This document shows, piece after piece, positions 7,102 to 15,993 of a stretch of 38,828 bases of DNA. The notes under the pieces were generated by a model. It worked only from the letters and a program-made list of their open reading frames with translations. It did not search any database and was not told the DNA's origin. Position numbers and translations under genes: made by a program. The stretch covers positions 1 through 38,828 of IMG/VR virus record IMGVR_UViG_3300037046_000131; one strand, given 5' to 3'. Each line of letters opens with the position of its first letter. The first letter of the stretch is position 1. The stretch comes from a virus (Duplodnaviria > Caudoviricetes).

Positions 7102-9451
7102 CCAGTGGGACCAGTACAAGGCCGAAATTCTGAGTCGGCTCGACATCCCGGCGGTGTTCAAGGACATCAAGGGACAGAAGTCATCGGGTACTGAGTGCAT
7201 CCTGGGTCTGTGCCCATTCCATGATGATCACAACCAATCATTCGGAGTAAACACCAAGACTGGCACCTGGGAATGCTTCGCGGGCTGCGACAAGGGCGAT
7301 GTCTTCGCGTTCCTGGTGCGGTCCACGGGCAAGCAGTTCAAGGAAGTCCTGTTCGACCTGGGCGATCAGCTCGGGTTACCACGGCCGACGGCGGGCGGTG
7401 GCGCAGGGACAGCTCTGATCACTTACAACTATCAGGACGAAACCGGCACGCTGTTGTCCCAGGTCGTACGCGGTCCAGGTAAGAAGTTCTGGCAGCAACG
7501 ACCCGATGGGCGCGGCGGTTGGATAAAAGACCTGAATGACACCCGGCGGGTGCTGTATCGATTGCCCGAGCTGATCGCTCGACCTGATGATGTCGTGTAC
7601 CTGGTCGAGGGCGAGAAGTGCGCTGAACGGCTGAGCTGTGAGGGGCTTCTTGCGACCACCGCACCCGGCGGTGCGAGTGCAAAGTGGCTGCCCGAATATA
7701 GCGACACCCTGCGCGGTCGCGCCGTCGTGGCCTTGCCCGACAACGACAAGCCCGGTCGCGCTCACATGGAGAAGGCCGCGCGGGCACTTGACGGGATAGC
7801 CGCCAACTTCCGGGTGGTGGTGCTTCCCGGTTTGCCCGGCAAGGGCGACATTTGCGACTGGCTCGACGCCGGCCACACGATCGCCGAACTGCAGGTCCTC
7901 GTCGAGCAGGCGGCGGCCGAGGGTCCGGGTAGTGAGGGAAATCCCGCGGGCCTGCGCCCGGTCATCCAGATCAACGGCCGCCAGCTGATCGAGGTCATCG
8001 ATGACGCCTGGCAGGCCGTGCTGATGGACAATGACCCGCCGCACCTGTTCACCACTGCCGGCCGCCTCTCGCGTCTGGCCTGCATTGGGGGCGTCCCGTC
8101 GATCGAGTATCTCGAGGACGCCGCTGCCTACGGCCTGCTCATGCGCAAAGCCACCTGGATGCAGCAGCGTGGGCGGCAAATTGTGGACGCCCATCCCCCG
8201 AAAGACGCCGCCAAAGACTTCCTGACCAACCCCCATTCTGATTTGCCGGAATTGGAAGCCGTCATCAGCACGCCCGTGTTCGACAAAGACTGGCGGCTGA
8301 TCACCCGCCCCGGATACCACCGTGAAGCGCGCCTGTGGCTCCAACTGAACGAGGATGCCGCCACCTACGATGTGCCGCTGAGGCCATCTGCTGAGGAGTT
8401 GGCCGCGGCACGCACCCTGTTGATAGACGACCTGCTGGTTGACTTTCCGTTCGCCGCGGATTCCGACCGCGCCCATGCTGTCGCCGCCCTGCTGCTGACC
8501 TTCGTCCGCCGTATGATCGATGGTCCGACGCCAATCCACCTGATGGAGGCCCCGATCCCGAGCAGCGGGAAGACTCTACTGGCCGACCTGATCGCAATCA
8601 TTGCCCTGGGCGAGTATGCGGGCAACACCACCATGTCCGATGACGAGAACGAGACCCGCAAGAAGATCACGGCACTTCTGAGCGTCGGCACGCCGATCAT
8701 CACGTTTGATAACGTTCGCGACGGACTGCGCTCTGCTCAGATCGCCGCAGCGATCACGGCGCTGATGTGGAAGGACCGGCTGCTGGGCCAGACGAAGATC
8801 GTCACTTTCCCGAACCGGGCGCTTTGGATCATGACCGCGAACAACCCGATCCTGACACTCGAAATCGCACGTCGCTGTGTTCGGATTCGGATCAATCCCT
8901 CCGAAGAGCAGCCGTGGAAACGCACCGGCTTCAAGCACGACCCGATCCGCGGCTGGGCAATGCTCAACCGCCCGGCCTTGGTGCGAGCCATTCTGATCAT
9001 CATTCGCAGTTGGATCGCCGCGGGGGCGCCACAGGGAACGCAGACGCTCGGTTCGTTCGAGTCGTGGGCGGGGATGATCGGCGGCATGGTCTCCCACCTG
9101 GGCCTGCCCGGCTTCCTCGGCGACGCCGACGAGTTCTTTGCTGCGGCCGACCTCGAGTCCGGCGAGTGGCGGGCGTTCGTCCAGGCCTGGCACGAGCGGC
9201 ACGGCACGAGTCCGGTAGGGGTGCGTGAACTGCTGACCTTGGCCGAGGATAAGGACCTGGTCGGGTTCGCCTACGCCTCGAAATCCGAAACCGGCCAACG
9301 CATGCGGCTCGGCCGTGCGCTGTCCGGTTTGCGCGATCGCAAGTTCGGCGACCTACGCGTGGTGGTCGGCGGCGACAGGACACGCAAGACCAATCAGTAC
9401 CGCTTGGTCCCGGTAGCAGCCGATCTGTTCGGCGGCCAGGAGGGGTCATGA
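7082..9451 (+). CDS. Primase-helicase-like replication protein (CHC2 zinc finger, TOPRIM, P-loop domain)
   Basis: CPFHDD...WECFAGC; LVEGEKC; LPDNDKPG; GDICDW; C-terminal APIPSSGKT and ITFDNV. Confidence 0.85.
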   Translation: MSAPLRDQWDQYKAEILSRLDIPAVFKDIKGQKSSGTECILGLCPFHDDHNQSFGVNTKTGTWECFAGCDKGDVFAFLVRSTGKQFKEVLFDLGDQLGLPRPTAGGGAGTALITYNYQDETGTLLSQVVRGPGKKFWQQRPDGRGGWIKDLNDTRRVLYRLPELIARPDDVVYLVEGEKCAERLSCEGLLATTAPGGASAKWLPEYSDTLRGRAVVALPDNDKPGRAHMEKAARALDGIAANFRVVVLPGLPGKGDICDWLDAGHTIAELQVLVEQAAAEGPGSEGNPAGLRPVIQINGRQLIEVIDDAWQAVLMDNDPPHLFTTAGRLSRLACIGGVPSIEYLEDAAAYGLLMRKATWMQQRGRQIVDAHPPKDAAKDFLTNPHSDLPELEAVISTPVFDKDWRLITRPGYHREARLWLQLNEDAATYDVPLRPSAEELAAARTLLIDDLLVDFPFAADSDRAHAVAALLLTFVRRMIDGPTPIHLMEAPIPSSGKTLLADLIAIIALGEYAGNTTMSDDENETRKKITALLSVGTPIITFDNVRDGLRSAQIAAAITALMWKDRLLGQTKIVTFPNRALWIMTANNPILTLEIARRCVRIRINPSEEQPWKRTGFKHDPIRGWAMLNRPALVRAILIIIRSWIAAGAPQGTQTLGSFESWAGMIGGMVSHLGLPGFLGDADEFFAAADLESGEWRAFVQAWHERHGTSPVGVRELLTLAEDKDLVGFAYASKSETGQRMRLGRALSGLRDRKFGDLRVVVGGDRTRKTNQYRLVPVAADLFGGQEGS

Positions 9452-9452
9452 T

Positions 9453-9749
9453 CCGGGGCTTTACCGGGGTTTCCCGGGGTTTCGCCGGGAGGAGAATTTC
9501 CAAAACCCCGGGCCGCATCTGTTTATCCAATAGGGAGTTACAGGGCCTCCGGGGTTTCCCGGGGTTTTATCTCCCTATATACGCGTGCGCACGCGCGCGC
9601 ACGCGCACACACGCGCGCACATGCGTGAGGGGTGGCAAAGAAACCCCGGGAAACCCCGGGACGCCATTCATCGCACTATATGACAACGAGTTAGCGCCCG
9701 GGGTTTACAAAATGTTCCCCCCGGACAAACCCCGGAATTCCCGGGGTTT
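9453..9749. repeat. Iteron cluster (CCGGGGTTT/AAACCCCGG) with central RY tract; putative replication origin
   Basis: Forward copies at 9453 (variant), 9464, 9474, 9549, 9559, 9698 and 9741; reverse copies at 9503, 9641, 9651 and 9727. Immediately follows the primase gene. Confidence 0.8.
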
Positions 9750-9853
9750 CGTATCCATTGGCGGGCCCGACACCCCACTACCCGGACTGTCTGCACCGTT
9801 GCTGCGCGTCGAGGACGCACGCGTCCTCATCACCACCGTCCAGGAGGACGACC

Positions 9854-9994
9854 ATGGCCAGGCTCATCTGGAATCACTCGCTCGGTTACTTCGACGGCAA
9901 GGCATTCTGGGAGGCGTTCTCGGCCAGCCTTGGTTCCGCCTTCGGGTTTTCGATGATCTTCTGGCCGCTGATCATCTTCCTGTTCCTTCAGTGA
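9854..9994 (+). CDS. Small membrane protein (46 aa)
   Basis: SD AGGAGG; hydrophobic C-terminus FGFSMIFWPLIIFLFLQ. Confidence 0.6.
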   Translation: MARLIWNHSLGYFDGKAFWEAFSASLGSAFGFSMIFWPLIIFLFLQ

Positions 9995-10055
9995 CCACGC
10001 CGCCGGCCACGACCAGATGTTTCCTTCACCTACTGTACCTGTCGGCCTCGGACCA

Positions 10056-10077
10056 GGGGAGGGGCAACTCCCTCCCC
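10056..10077 (+). promoter_or_regulatory. GC-rich hairpin upstream of the methylase-terminase operon
   Basis: GGGGAGGG-gcaact-CCCTCCCC with no U-tract; role unknown. Confidence 0.45.
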
Positions 10078-10101
10078 GCGTCCGTGGCGTAAGGAGAGAC
10101 C

Positions 10102-11409
10102 GTGAACAAGACGGACCTGAACATCGAACGCAAGCTGATCGCGGACCTGATGCCCGCGCCCTACAACCCGCGGACGATCTCGCCCGAGGCCCTGGCCGGC
10201 CTGCGAGCCAGCGTCGAGCGCTTCGGGCTGGTCGAGCCGGTGGTTTGGAACCGCCGCACCGGCCACGTCGTCGGCGGCCACCAGCGCCTCAAGGCCCTGC
10301 AGGCTCTCGGTGAGACCGCCACCCAGGTCGTGGTTGTCGACCTCGACGAGATCGAGGAGAAGGCGCTCAACGTCGCTCTGAACAGCCCGGCGATCGCTGG
10401 CGAGTTCACCCCCGAGTTGCACGCCCTGCTGGCGGAGATCGAAGCGGCCCTGCCCGACCTGTCGAACGACCTGCGCTTCGACGACCTCGCCGCCCAGATG
10501 CGGCACCTACTCGCTGACCTGGCTCCCGAGGACGGCCTGACCGACCCGGACGACGTCCCGCCGCCCCCCGAGGAGCCGATCACCCGCCCCGGCGACCTGA
10601 TCATCCTCGGCGGCCACCGGCTCGTCTGCGGGGACAGCGCTGACGCTGGGACCCTGGCCCGGTTGATGGATGGCGCGAAGGCGGCGCTCTACAACACTGA
10701 CCCTCCCTACGGCGTCGGCTACGACGGGACCTCCCACCCACAGAACCAGCGCGATAAGGAACAGGGCCGCGCCCCCGGCACCCAGAACCGTGACTGGTCT
10801 GGCGACTACCAGGACCTCGACGCCTGGGATCACTTCGAGGATCAGGCTGAGTTCGAGAGCTTCCTCGAGGGCGTCTTCAAGACCGCTCTGCCCCACGTCG
10901 CTCTGGACGCCGCTTGGTACTGCTGGCACGCGTCTGCGACCAGCGACTGCTTCCGGCGCGCCTGGCAGGCGGTCGGGATCCGGTACCACCAGATGATCCA
11001 GTGGGTGAAGCCGACCTTCGTGCTGGGCTTCGCGATGTGGAACTACCGCAGCGAGCCGTGCCTGATGGGCTGGCAGCAGGGCCACAAACCCGCGGCCTAC
11101 CCGGTCACCGACGAGAAGTCGAACGTCTGGGAGGTCGACTGGGAGGGCAAGGCCCGCTGCACCGACGGCCAGCATCCGACCCAGAAGCCGGTCCGCCTAT
11201 TCGAGCTGCCCATGCTGAAGCACACCCGCCAGGGCGACATCTGCCTCGAGACGTTCGCCGGCAGCGGCAGCCAGGTCATCGCCGCCGAGCGTCTCGGTAG
11301 GCGTTGTTTTGCCGTGGAGCGCAATCCGAAGTTCTGCGACGTGATCGTGGCGCGGTGGGAGCAGTTCACCGGGCAGACCGCCGAGCGTGTCGCCAGGGAA
11401 GTTCAGTGA
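10102..11409 (+). CDS. ParB N-terminal domain fused to beta-class amino-DNA methyltransferase
   Basis: YNPR...FGLVEPVVWN...VVGGHQR (ParB); TDPPYG, HPTQKPV, ETFAGSGS (MTase); GTG start with SD AAGGAG. Confidence 0.92.
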   Translation: MNKTDLNIERKLIADLMPAPYNPRTISPEALAGLRASVERFGLVEPVVWNRRTGHVVGGHQRLKALQALGETATQVVVVDLDEIEEKALNVALNSPAIAGEFTPELHALLAEIEAALPDLSNDLRFDDLAAQMRHLLADLAPEDGLTDPDDVPPPPEEPITRPGDLIILGGHRLVCGDSADAGTLARLMDGAKAALYNTDPPYGVGYDGTSHPQNQRDKEQGRAPGTQNRDWSGDYQDLDAWDHFEDQAEFESFLEGVFKTALPHVALDAAWYCWHASATSDCFRRAWQAVGIRYHQMIQWVKPTFVLGFAMWNYRSEPCLMGWQQGHKPAAYPVTDEKSNVWEVDWEGKARCTDGQHPTQKPVRLFELPMLKHTRQGDICLETFAGSGSQVIAAERLGRRCFAVERNPKFCDVIVARWEQFTGQTAERVAREVQ

Positions 11410-11969
11410 TGGGGGCCAAGGGCTACCCGGACGAGATCCGGCTCAAAGCGAAAGCCCTGTGGATCGTCGGCCGTCACACCGACGCCGAGATCGCCGAGCG
11501 GCTGGGCATCGCCCGGCCCGGCACGATCGGCGACTGGCGTAAGGACGATGGGTGGGAACAGGAACGCGCCATCATCCAGGAAGCGACCGAGGCAAAGGTC
11601 GCCGCGGCAATCAGCGAGACGGTCGCCGAGATGAACTCGCGGCACCTCAAGGAGTGCCAGCTGCTGCAGACCAAAGGCGTCCAGGCGCTGCGCCGCCTCG
11701 ACCCCACCAAGGCGTCAGAGGCCGCCGCCATGATCGAGGCCGGACTGCGGACCGAGCGGCTGGTCCGTGGAGAGCCGACCGAGGTCCGTGAGGTGCGCGC
11801 CCTGATGCAGGCCAATGTCCAGGTACTCGAGGTGGTCGTCGCCGACGTGTTGAAGGCGCTGCTGGAATCCGGCCTGATCGACAGCCGTGGGGCGCGTCGG
11901 TTCGCCGAGACGTTCGCCGAGAAGATCAACGAAGCGCCGTTCCGCTACCGGGTCGATGGGGGTAATTGA
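11409..11969 (+). CDS. Putative terminase small subunit (N-terminal HTH)
   Basis: TGATG coupling. AKALWI...DAEIAERLGI...TIGDWRKDDGW HTH followed by a helical region; lies between the MTase and terL. Confidence 0.6.
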   Translation: MGAKGYPDEIRLKAKALWIVGRHTDAEIAERLGIARPGTIGDWRKDDGWEQERAIIQEATEAKVAAAISETVAEMNSRHLKECQLLQTKGVQALRRLDPTKASEAAAMIEAGLRTERLVRGEPTEVREVRALMQANVQVLEVVVADVLKALLESGLIDSRGARRFAETFAEKINEAPFRYRVDGGN

Positions 11970-12125
11970 ATGCGTAACCTGATCTACGGCATGAGGTTGA
12001 GAGCGAATTCAGTATTTGCAAGAAATCGCACGAAAAGCCTTAGGGTGCCGTTACTGGAAACCGCTAGGAATCGACGGGAAAACCACGCTATGTCGCATAG
12101 TGGGAGATATATGCCACACAACGAG

Positions 12126-12998
12126 TTACGCGATTCTGGCGACCTCGCGCCGCCACCTGGATGGCTCGATTTGGGCATAAATCTCGGTCGTCGTGACGTG
12201 CGTGTGCCGCAGGGCCTGCTGGACCAGTCGGATGTCACAAGTCGAGTTGTAGAGGGCGGTTGCGAAGCTGTGGCGCAAGGAGTGCGCGGTGATCGGCTTC
12301 TCGATCCCTGCCTCGTGGATCCGCAGCGTGACGATCCGCTGGATCTGGCGGGTCGAGAGCCGCCGACCGGCAGCGGTGAACAGGGGGCCGTCTTGGATAT
12401 TACCGATGTGGGCTCTGAGGATCTTCGCGAGCGTCGGGCTGATCATGACTCGATCGGGATCGCCGCCCTTGGTCGTTCTCAACACCGCTACCTGGACCTC
12501 GAGGTCGATGTCGGTAATATCCAGCGCCGCGGTCTCGGCGAGTCGACAGCCAGTCAAGAGCATGAAGCTGAGCAGTGCGTGGTCGCGCGGACCATTGTTA
12601 CCCCGAAGCTGGCTGTTAACTACTTTTGTGATCTCAGCGGCGTCGAGCACTACCGGCGGCAGTCCTCTGTGCTTCTGACAGCGAAGGATCGCGGTCGGGT
12701 TGCGAGCCACCACCCAGCGAGCCTCCCAGAAAGCGTACAGCGCCTTCACAGCGACTCGATATCGGTTGACCGACGCGGAGGCCCGGCAGCAGCCGTTCGT
12801 CGCGTAGCGAACGTCCTGGCTCGCCATGAAGCGCGTCAGCGTCTCGGGAGTAACATCGTCCAGCTCGTGCAACTTTTCCCTGGCTGTAAACCGAATGAAC
12901 GTAGAGAGGTCGCGGCTGTACGCGCCGATCGTGTGCTGACTGCGTCCGTCCGCCGCCAAGTGCGCAAGATACTGATCTACGGCATCGCGTGTGGTCAT
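12126..12998 (-). CDS. XerC/D-like tyrosine recombinase
   Basis: SD AAGGAGG; SAM-like N-terminus; GCRLAE, TKGG, HSLRHSFAT and LRHTHVTTTEIY give an intact R-K-H-R-H-Y set. Confidence 0.93.
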   Translation of the reverse strand: MTTRDAVDQYLAHLAADGRSQHTIGAYSRDLSTFIRFTAREKLHELDDVTPETLTRFMASQDVRYATNGCCRASASVNRYRVAVKALYAFWEARWVVARNPTAILRCQKHRGLPPVVLDAAEITKVVNSQLRGNNGPRDHALLSFMLLTGCRLAETAALDITDIDLEVQVAVLRTTKGGDPDRVMISPTLAKILRAHIGNIQDGPLFTAAGRRLSTRQIQRIVTLRIHEAGIEKPITAHSLRHSFATALYNSTCDIRLVQQALRHTHVTTTEIYAQIEPSRWRREVARIA

Positions 12999-13050
12999 TC
13001 GCTCGTCCTCCTTGGGCCTGTGTGGTGGCTGCTGAGCTGCTTCCATCAGG

Positions 13051-13073
13051 GCTCTTGGGGGTCCAAGTAGCAA
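13051..13073 (-). promoter_or_regulatory. TTGCTA-N12-AGAGC motif upstream of the tyrosine recombinase
   Basis: Same layout as 1318-1340 and 38466-38488. Confidence 0.45.
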
Positions 13074-13117
13074 GGGATATGAGCCGCCGATAGGCTAGTT
13101 AACACAGGAGGCGTATC

Positions 13118-15460
13118 GTGACATACCCGACCAAAGGCCTTACCCGGACCATCCGCGGGCAGGAAGGCGATCTCGTCGTGCTGACGACCTCGAGTTCGTT
13201 GCTAGCGAAAGTCGGGCTCGGCGCAACGCCCACCGATTTCGGCCTACCGGACCTCCTGGTCGACGGCCTGACGGCCAGTGAACAAAACGCCCTGCTCAAG
13301 CAGATGGTCGAAACCCATCTCTTCATCTTCAAAGACGGTCGCCGCCTGCCGATCGTGATGATCCCGCCGATGGTGGAGTTCGTCGCCGACCTGTTCTACG
13401 AGCGCACCCAGCAGGCGATCTTGTGGAAGCCGCGCGGTGGTGGTGGGTCGCTGGCAGCCGCCATCCTCATTTGGCTGATGATGGTCTATCGCGGGCGCAG
13501 CTTCCTGGACATGGCGGGCAGCGGCGAGCAAGCTAAGCGCGTTTATGAATACGTGTCTCAGTTCTGGTACTGCGTTCCGAACCTGGCCGACGCCCTACTG
13601 GACGGCGATCCCCTGCAGTCGGAAACCCGCCTCAAGAACGGCGTCACCCTGTCCTGCGTCCCGGCATCGGAGAAAGCTGCCCGCGGTAAGCATGTCGCCG
13701 GGTTCGTGGCTGACGAGAGTTGCCAGGAGGATGCGCGGGTAGGTCGCGTCCTGCAGGCCGCCGTCCAGGGCGCGCTGTCTGAGCCCAACTTCACGATCGT
13801 CCTGCTCTCGACCTTCCACGTCCCGTTCGGGTTCTTCCAGGAGAACTGGGACCTTGCCGAAGAACGTGGCTACAGCCGCTACCGCTGGGACGTCTACGAC
13901 TGCATGGCGTGCTGCAAGGTGGGCCTCGAGGAGGCGACGAAGGCTGACCCGGCGGCCCTGGCCTACTGCCGCCGCGAATGTCCGCTGACCGAGTCCGTCT
14001 CCGACAGCGACGCCGAAGGCCAGGTAGTGGGAGAACACTTCGAGGGCTGCAACGGCAGAGCGCGGACAGCCGCCGGTCACCTCAGCCGCGACAACGTGCT
14101 CAAAGCTAAGATGCTCAACTCCGGGACAGACGTCTGGGCCGTCGAGCACGAGTGCAAACGGCCGACGACCAGCGGCATGGTGTACGACGCTGAGAAGGTC
14201 CAGGCCGCTGTCACCCCCCTATCGGACCTCCAGCGCCCGGTAGGGTCGGTGCGCCGCGTCGTGGGCGTTGACTGGGGGCGGTTCGCCGTTGCCGTCCTGG
14301 CCGAACGGGCCGTCGACCACGTCGTCATCAGCGAAGGCCGGAACTTCGACAGCAAGACCATCGGCGACCTTGTCCAGTACCTGGTTGAGCTCCGATCGCG
14401 CCTCGGTGACTTCATGGTCTATGCTGATGCTGAAAACGCTTACGCGAACCTGGAATGCCGAAACGCTGGTTTCGAAGTGGTGTCCGTTGCCTTCAACAAG
14501 TTCAAGGACGGAGGCATCGAGAACATCGCCCGGTACCTGAACCACGGGAAGCTCAAGATCGCTGACGACGGTCACCTCAAGACCGTCATCCGCCAACTAC
14601 TGCGCTACCGCCGTAACGAGGCTGGCAAGATCGTCAAGCAGGACGACCACGGCCCCGACGCCCTGATGTGCGCGATGCTCCACTTCCAGTTCGTGGATGA
14701 GTTCGACACGGCGATCGGTCAGATGCTCAGTGGCGCCGACCGCGAGCGCCTGAAGATCACGAACTCTCTATTGGACGGCTGCGTCCACAAGTACGCCCAG
14801 GTAGTGCCAGTCGATGGTTACTGCTCGATGGGCGTCTCGATGGGAAGCAGCGGGTTCTATGTCGTGATCTCCCTGGTCCCAGAGTTCGACGACGGCCGCA
14901 ATGCCGAGCCGCGGCACGCGATGTTCATCGGGAGAGCGAATACCTGGAAGGACCTCGACGCGCTGATCGCCAAGTTCGAGGTTCGCAACTGCCTGATCTC
15001 CCCGCACCCGGAACCGCACCTTGTCCAGAAATGGATGGAGTCGGCCGGGTACCACGTCGTCCAGCTGGTCAACTATTTGAACGACGGCATCAGTCCGCCT
15101 ACCTGGGACGAGGCGAACTGCCGGGTCACCGTCGACCGCACTTTCGCGCTGAACGCCGCCTACGAGGAGATCCGCAATGGCCTCTGGTGGATCCCGGCGG
15201 CGGCTCGCGAGATCGACAACGGGGACTTCTACGCCCAGATGAAAGCCCCTACCCGGATCCGAGATGCCGGGGACGGTCAGGTGCGCTACCGGTGGGTGGA
15301 GACTGGGCCGTTGGAGCACTACCGGCACGCCCAGGCTTTCGACTACCTGGGCGCGGACATCGCTCGGAGGAATCCACCGGCGGCTGGCGGGGGGATGGCG
15401 GCTGGGGACAGGGAGAGCGGGCTGTGGGCGGATTATAATCGGCATTTCAGTTCTCGGTAG
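13118..15460 (+). CDS. Atypical terminase large subunit
   Basis: KPRGGGGS (Walker A without Lys), FVADE, LLST, Cys-rich insert, RNase H-like VGVDWG/YADAE/DDHGPDAL, plus an extra C-terminal domain. GTG start with SD AGGAGG. Confidence 0.75.
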   Translation: MTYPTKGLTRTIRGQEGDLVVLTTSSSLLAKVGLGATPTDFGLPDLLVDGLTASEQNALLKQMVETHLFIFKDGRRLPIVMIPPMVEFVADLFYERTQQAILWKPRGGGGSLAAAILIWLMMVYRGRSFLDMAGSGEQAKRVYEYVSQFWYCVPNLADALLDGDPLQSETRLKNGVTLSCVPASEKAARGKHVAGFVADESCQEDARVGRVLQAAVQGALSEPNFTIVLLSTFHVPFGFFQENWDLAEERGYSRYRWDVYDCMACCKVGLEEATKADPAALAYCRRECPLTESVSDSDAEGQVVGEHFEGCNGRARTAAGHLSRDNVLKAKMLNSGTDVWAVEHECKRPTTSGMVYDAEKVQAAVTPLSDLQRPVGSVRRVVGVDWGRFAVAVLAERAVDHVVISEGRNFDSKTIGDLVQYLVELRSRLGDFMVYADAENAYANLECRNAGFEVVSVAFNKFKDGGIENIARYLNHGKLKIADDGHLKTVIRQLLRYRRNEAGKIVKQDDHGPDALMCAMLHFQFVDEFDTAIGQMLSGADRERLKITNSLLDGCVHKYAQVVPVDGYCSMGVSMGSSGFYVVISLVPEFDDGRNAEPRHAMFIGRANTWKDLDALIAKFEVRNCLISPHPEPHLVQKWMESAGYHVVQLVNYLNDGISPPTWDEANCRVTVDRTFALNAAYEEIRNGLWWIPAAAREIDNGDFYAQMKAPTRIRDAGDGQVRYRWVETGPLEHYRHAQAFDYLGADIARRNPPAAGGGMAAGDRESGLWADYNRHFSSR

Positions 15461-15640
15461 GGGGGGGGAGATCCGTGGGCGGTACATTGACGCCAGTCCG
15501 ATTCTGGGGACTTCAGACCACTATTGGACTGTTCGGGGGCGGAGTCTTGAATCCAAAAGTATTCCGGACGATCACGGTTTTGCTGATACCGAATTCCCTG
15601 GCCATTCTCTAGGTTCGTCTTAGTTGAACAGCAGTAATGA

Positions 15641-15766
15641 GCGAGGCTATTTATCCAGTATTGGGTTGAAGCATATAGTGCTGCAAGTGGACGATTCCGA
15701 AGTATTGTCGGACTTACTCCATCCGAATTCCTGGTGGCGAAGGCGGATAAAATACTGATGTCGTAG
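15641..15766 (+). pseudogene. Possible AraC-family HTH remnant
   Basis: EAYSAASGRFRSIVGLTPSEF fits the F-x4-G-x-T-P-x2-F end of AraC domains; the upstream frame is broken by stops. Confidence 0.3.
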
Positions 15767-15804
15767 AAAACCGATTGACAGCCAAAAGGTTTTCTCAATA
15801 GACT
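15765..15804 (+). promoter_or_regulatory. Sigma70-type promoter with overlapping inverted repeat
   Basis: TTGACA (15775)-N18-TAGACT (15799); AGAAAACC (15765) and GGTTTTCT (15788) flank the -35. Confidence 0.55.
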
Positions 15805-15993
15805 TCATCGTTGCCTTCGCCCGGGGTGACTTAGTCGAGCCAGCCGTGTGAGCGGCGTGTGCCTTTGATCCCGGAGAACGAGGTCAGCATGCTTTCCATT
15901 TCGCGACATCTGCACTCTCTTATTGATCACCCGCGAACACCGCATCGTTTTGTCTTTAAAAAACTGCGTTGTCTATTTCCAATGGAGGCAAAT

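Larger units (their letters stand above)
1..15460. mobile_element. Core of phage-derived integrative element 1 (left end outside window)
   Basis: Contiguous DUF2924, regulatory, replication, methylase, terminase and recombinase genes with mostly GC-rich codon usage. The right boundary is placed at the terL stop, where composition changes; the true att sites were not identified. Confidence 0.8.

Noticed and set aside
5346-9298. Several long alternative-frame and minus-strand ORFs over the replication genes
   Set aside because: Typical GC-rich shadow ORFs with no motifs, overlapping well-supported genes.
9453-9749. Repeat cluster as a CRISPR array
   Set aside because: Units are 9-10 bp, occur in both orientations, have no regular unique spacers, and no cas genes are present.
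9448-10092. 214-aa ORF overlapping the primase stop
   Set aside because: It runs through the iterons and RY tract (ARARTRTHART), so it is probably a by-product of the repeats. The 46-aa gene inside it has the better SD. A short real peptide cannot be excluded.
12000-12030. dif-like site GAGAGCGAATT-CAGTAT-TTGCAAGAAAT
   Set aside because: Poor match to XerC/XerD arms and little dyad symmetry; not supportable without homolog alignment.
11970-13070. 366-aa plus-strand ORF between terS and terL
   Set aside because: It is the antisense shadow of the tyrosine recombinase, which has full catalytic motifs and an SD.
15859-15993. N-terminal 45 codons of the giant ORF
   Set aside because: No SD at 15859; GGAGG precedes ATG 15994, which places the hydrophobic signal segment nearer the N-terminus.
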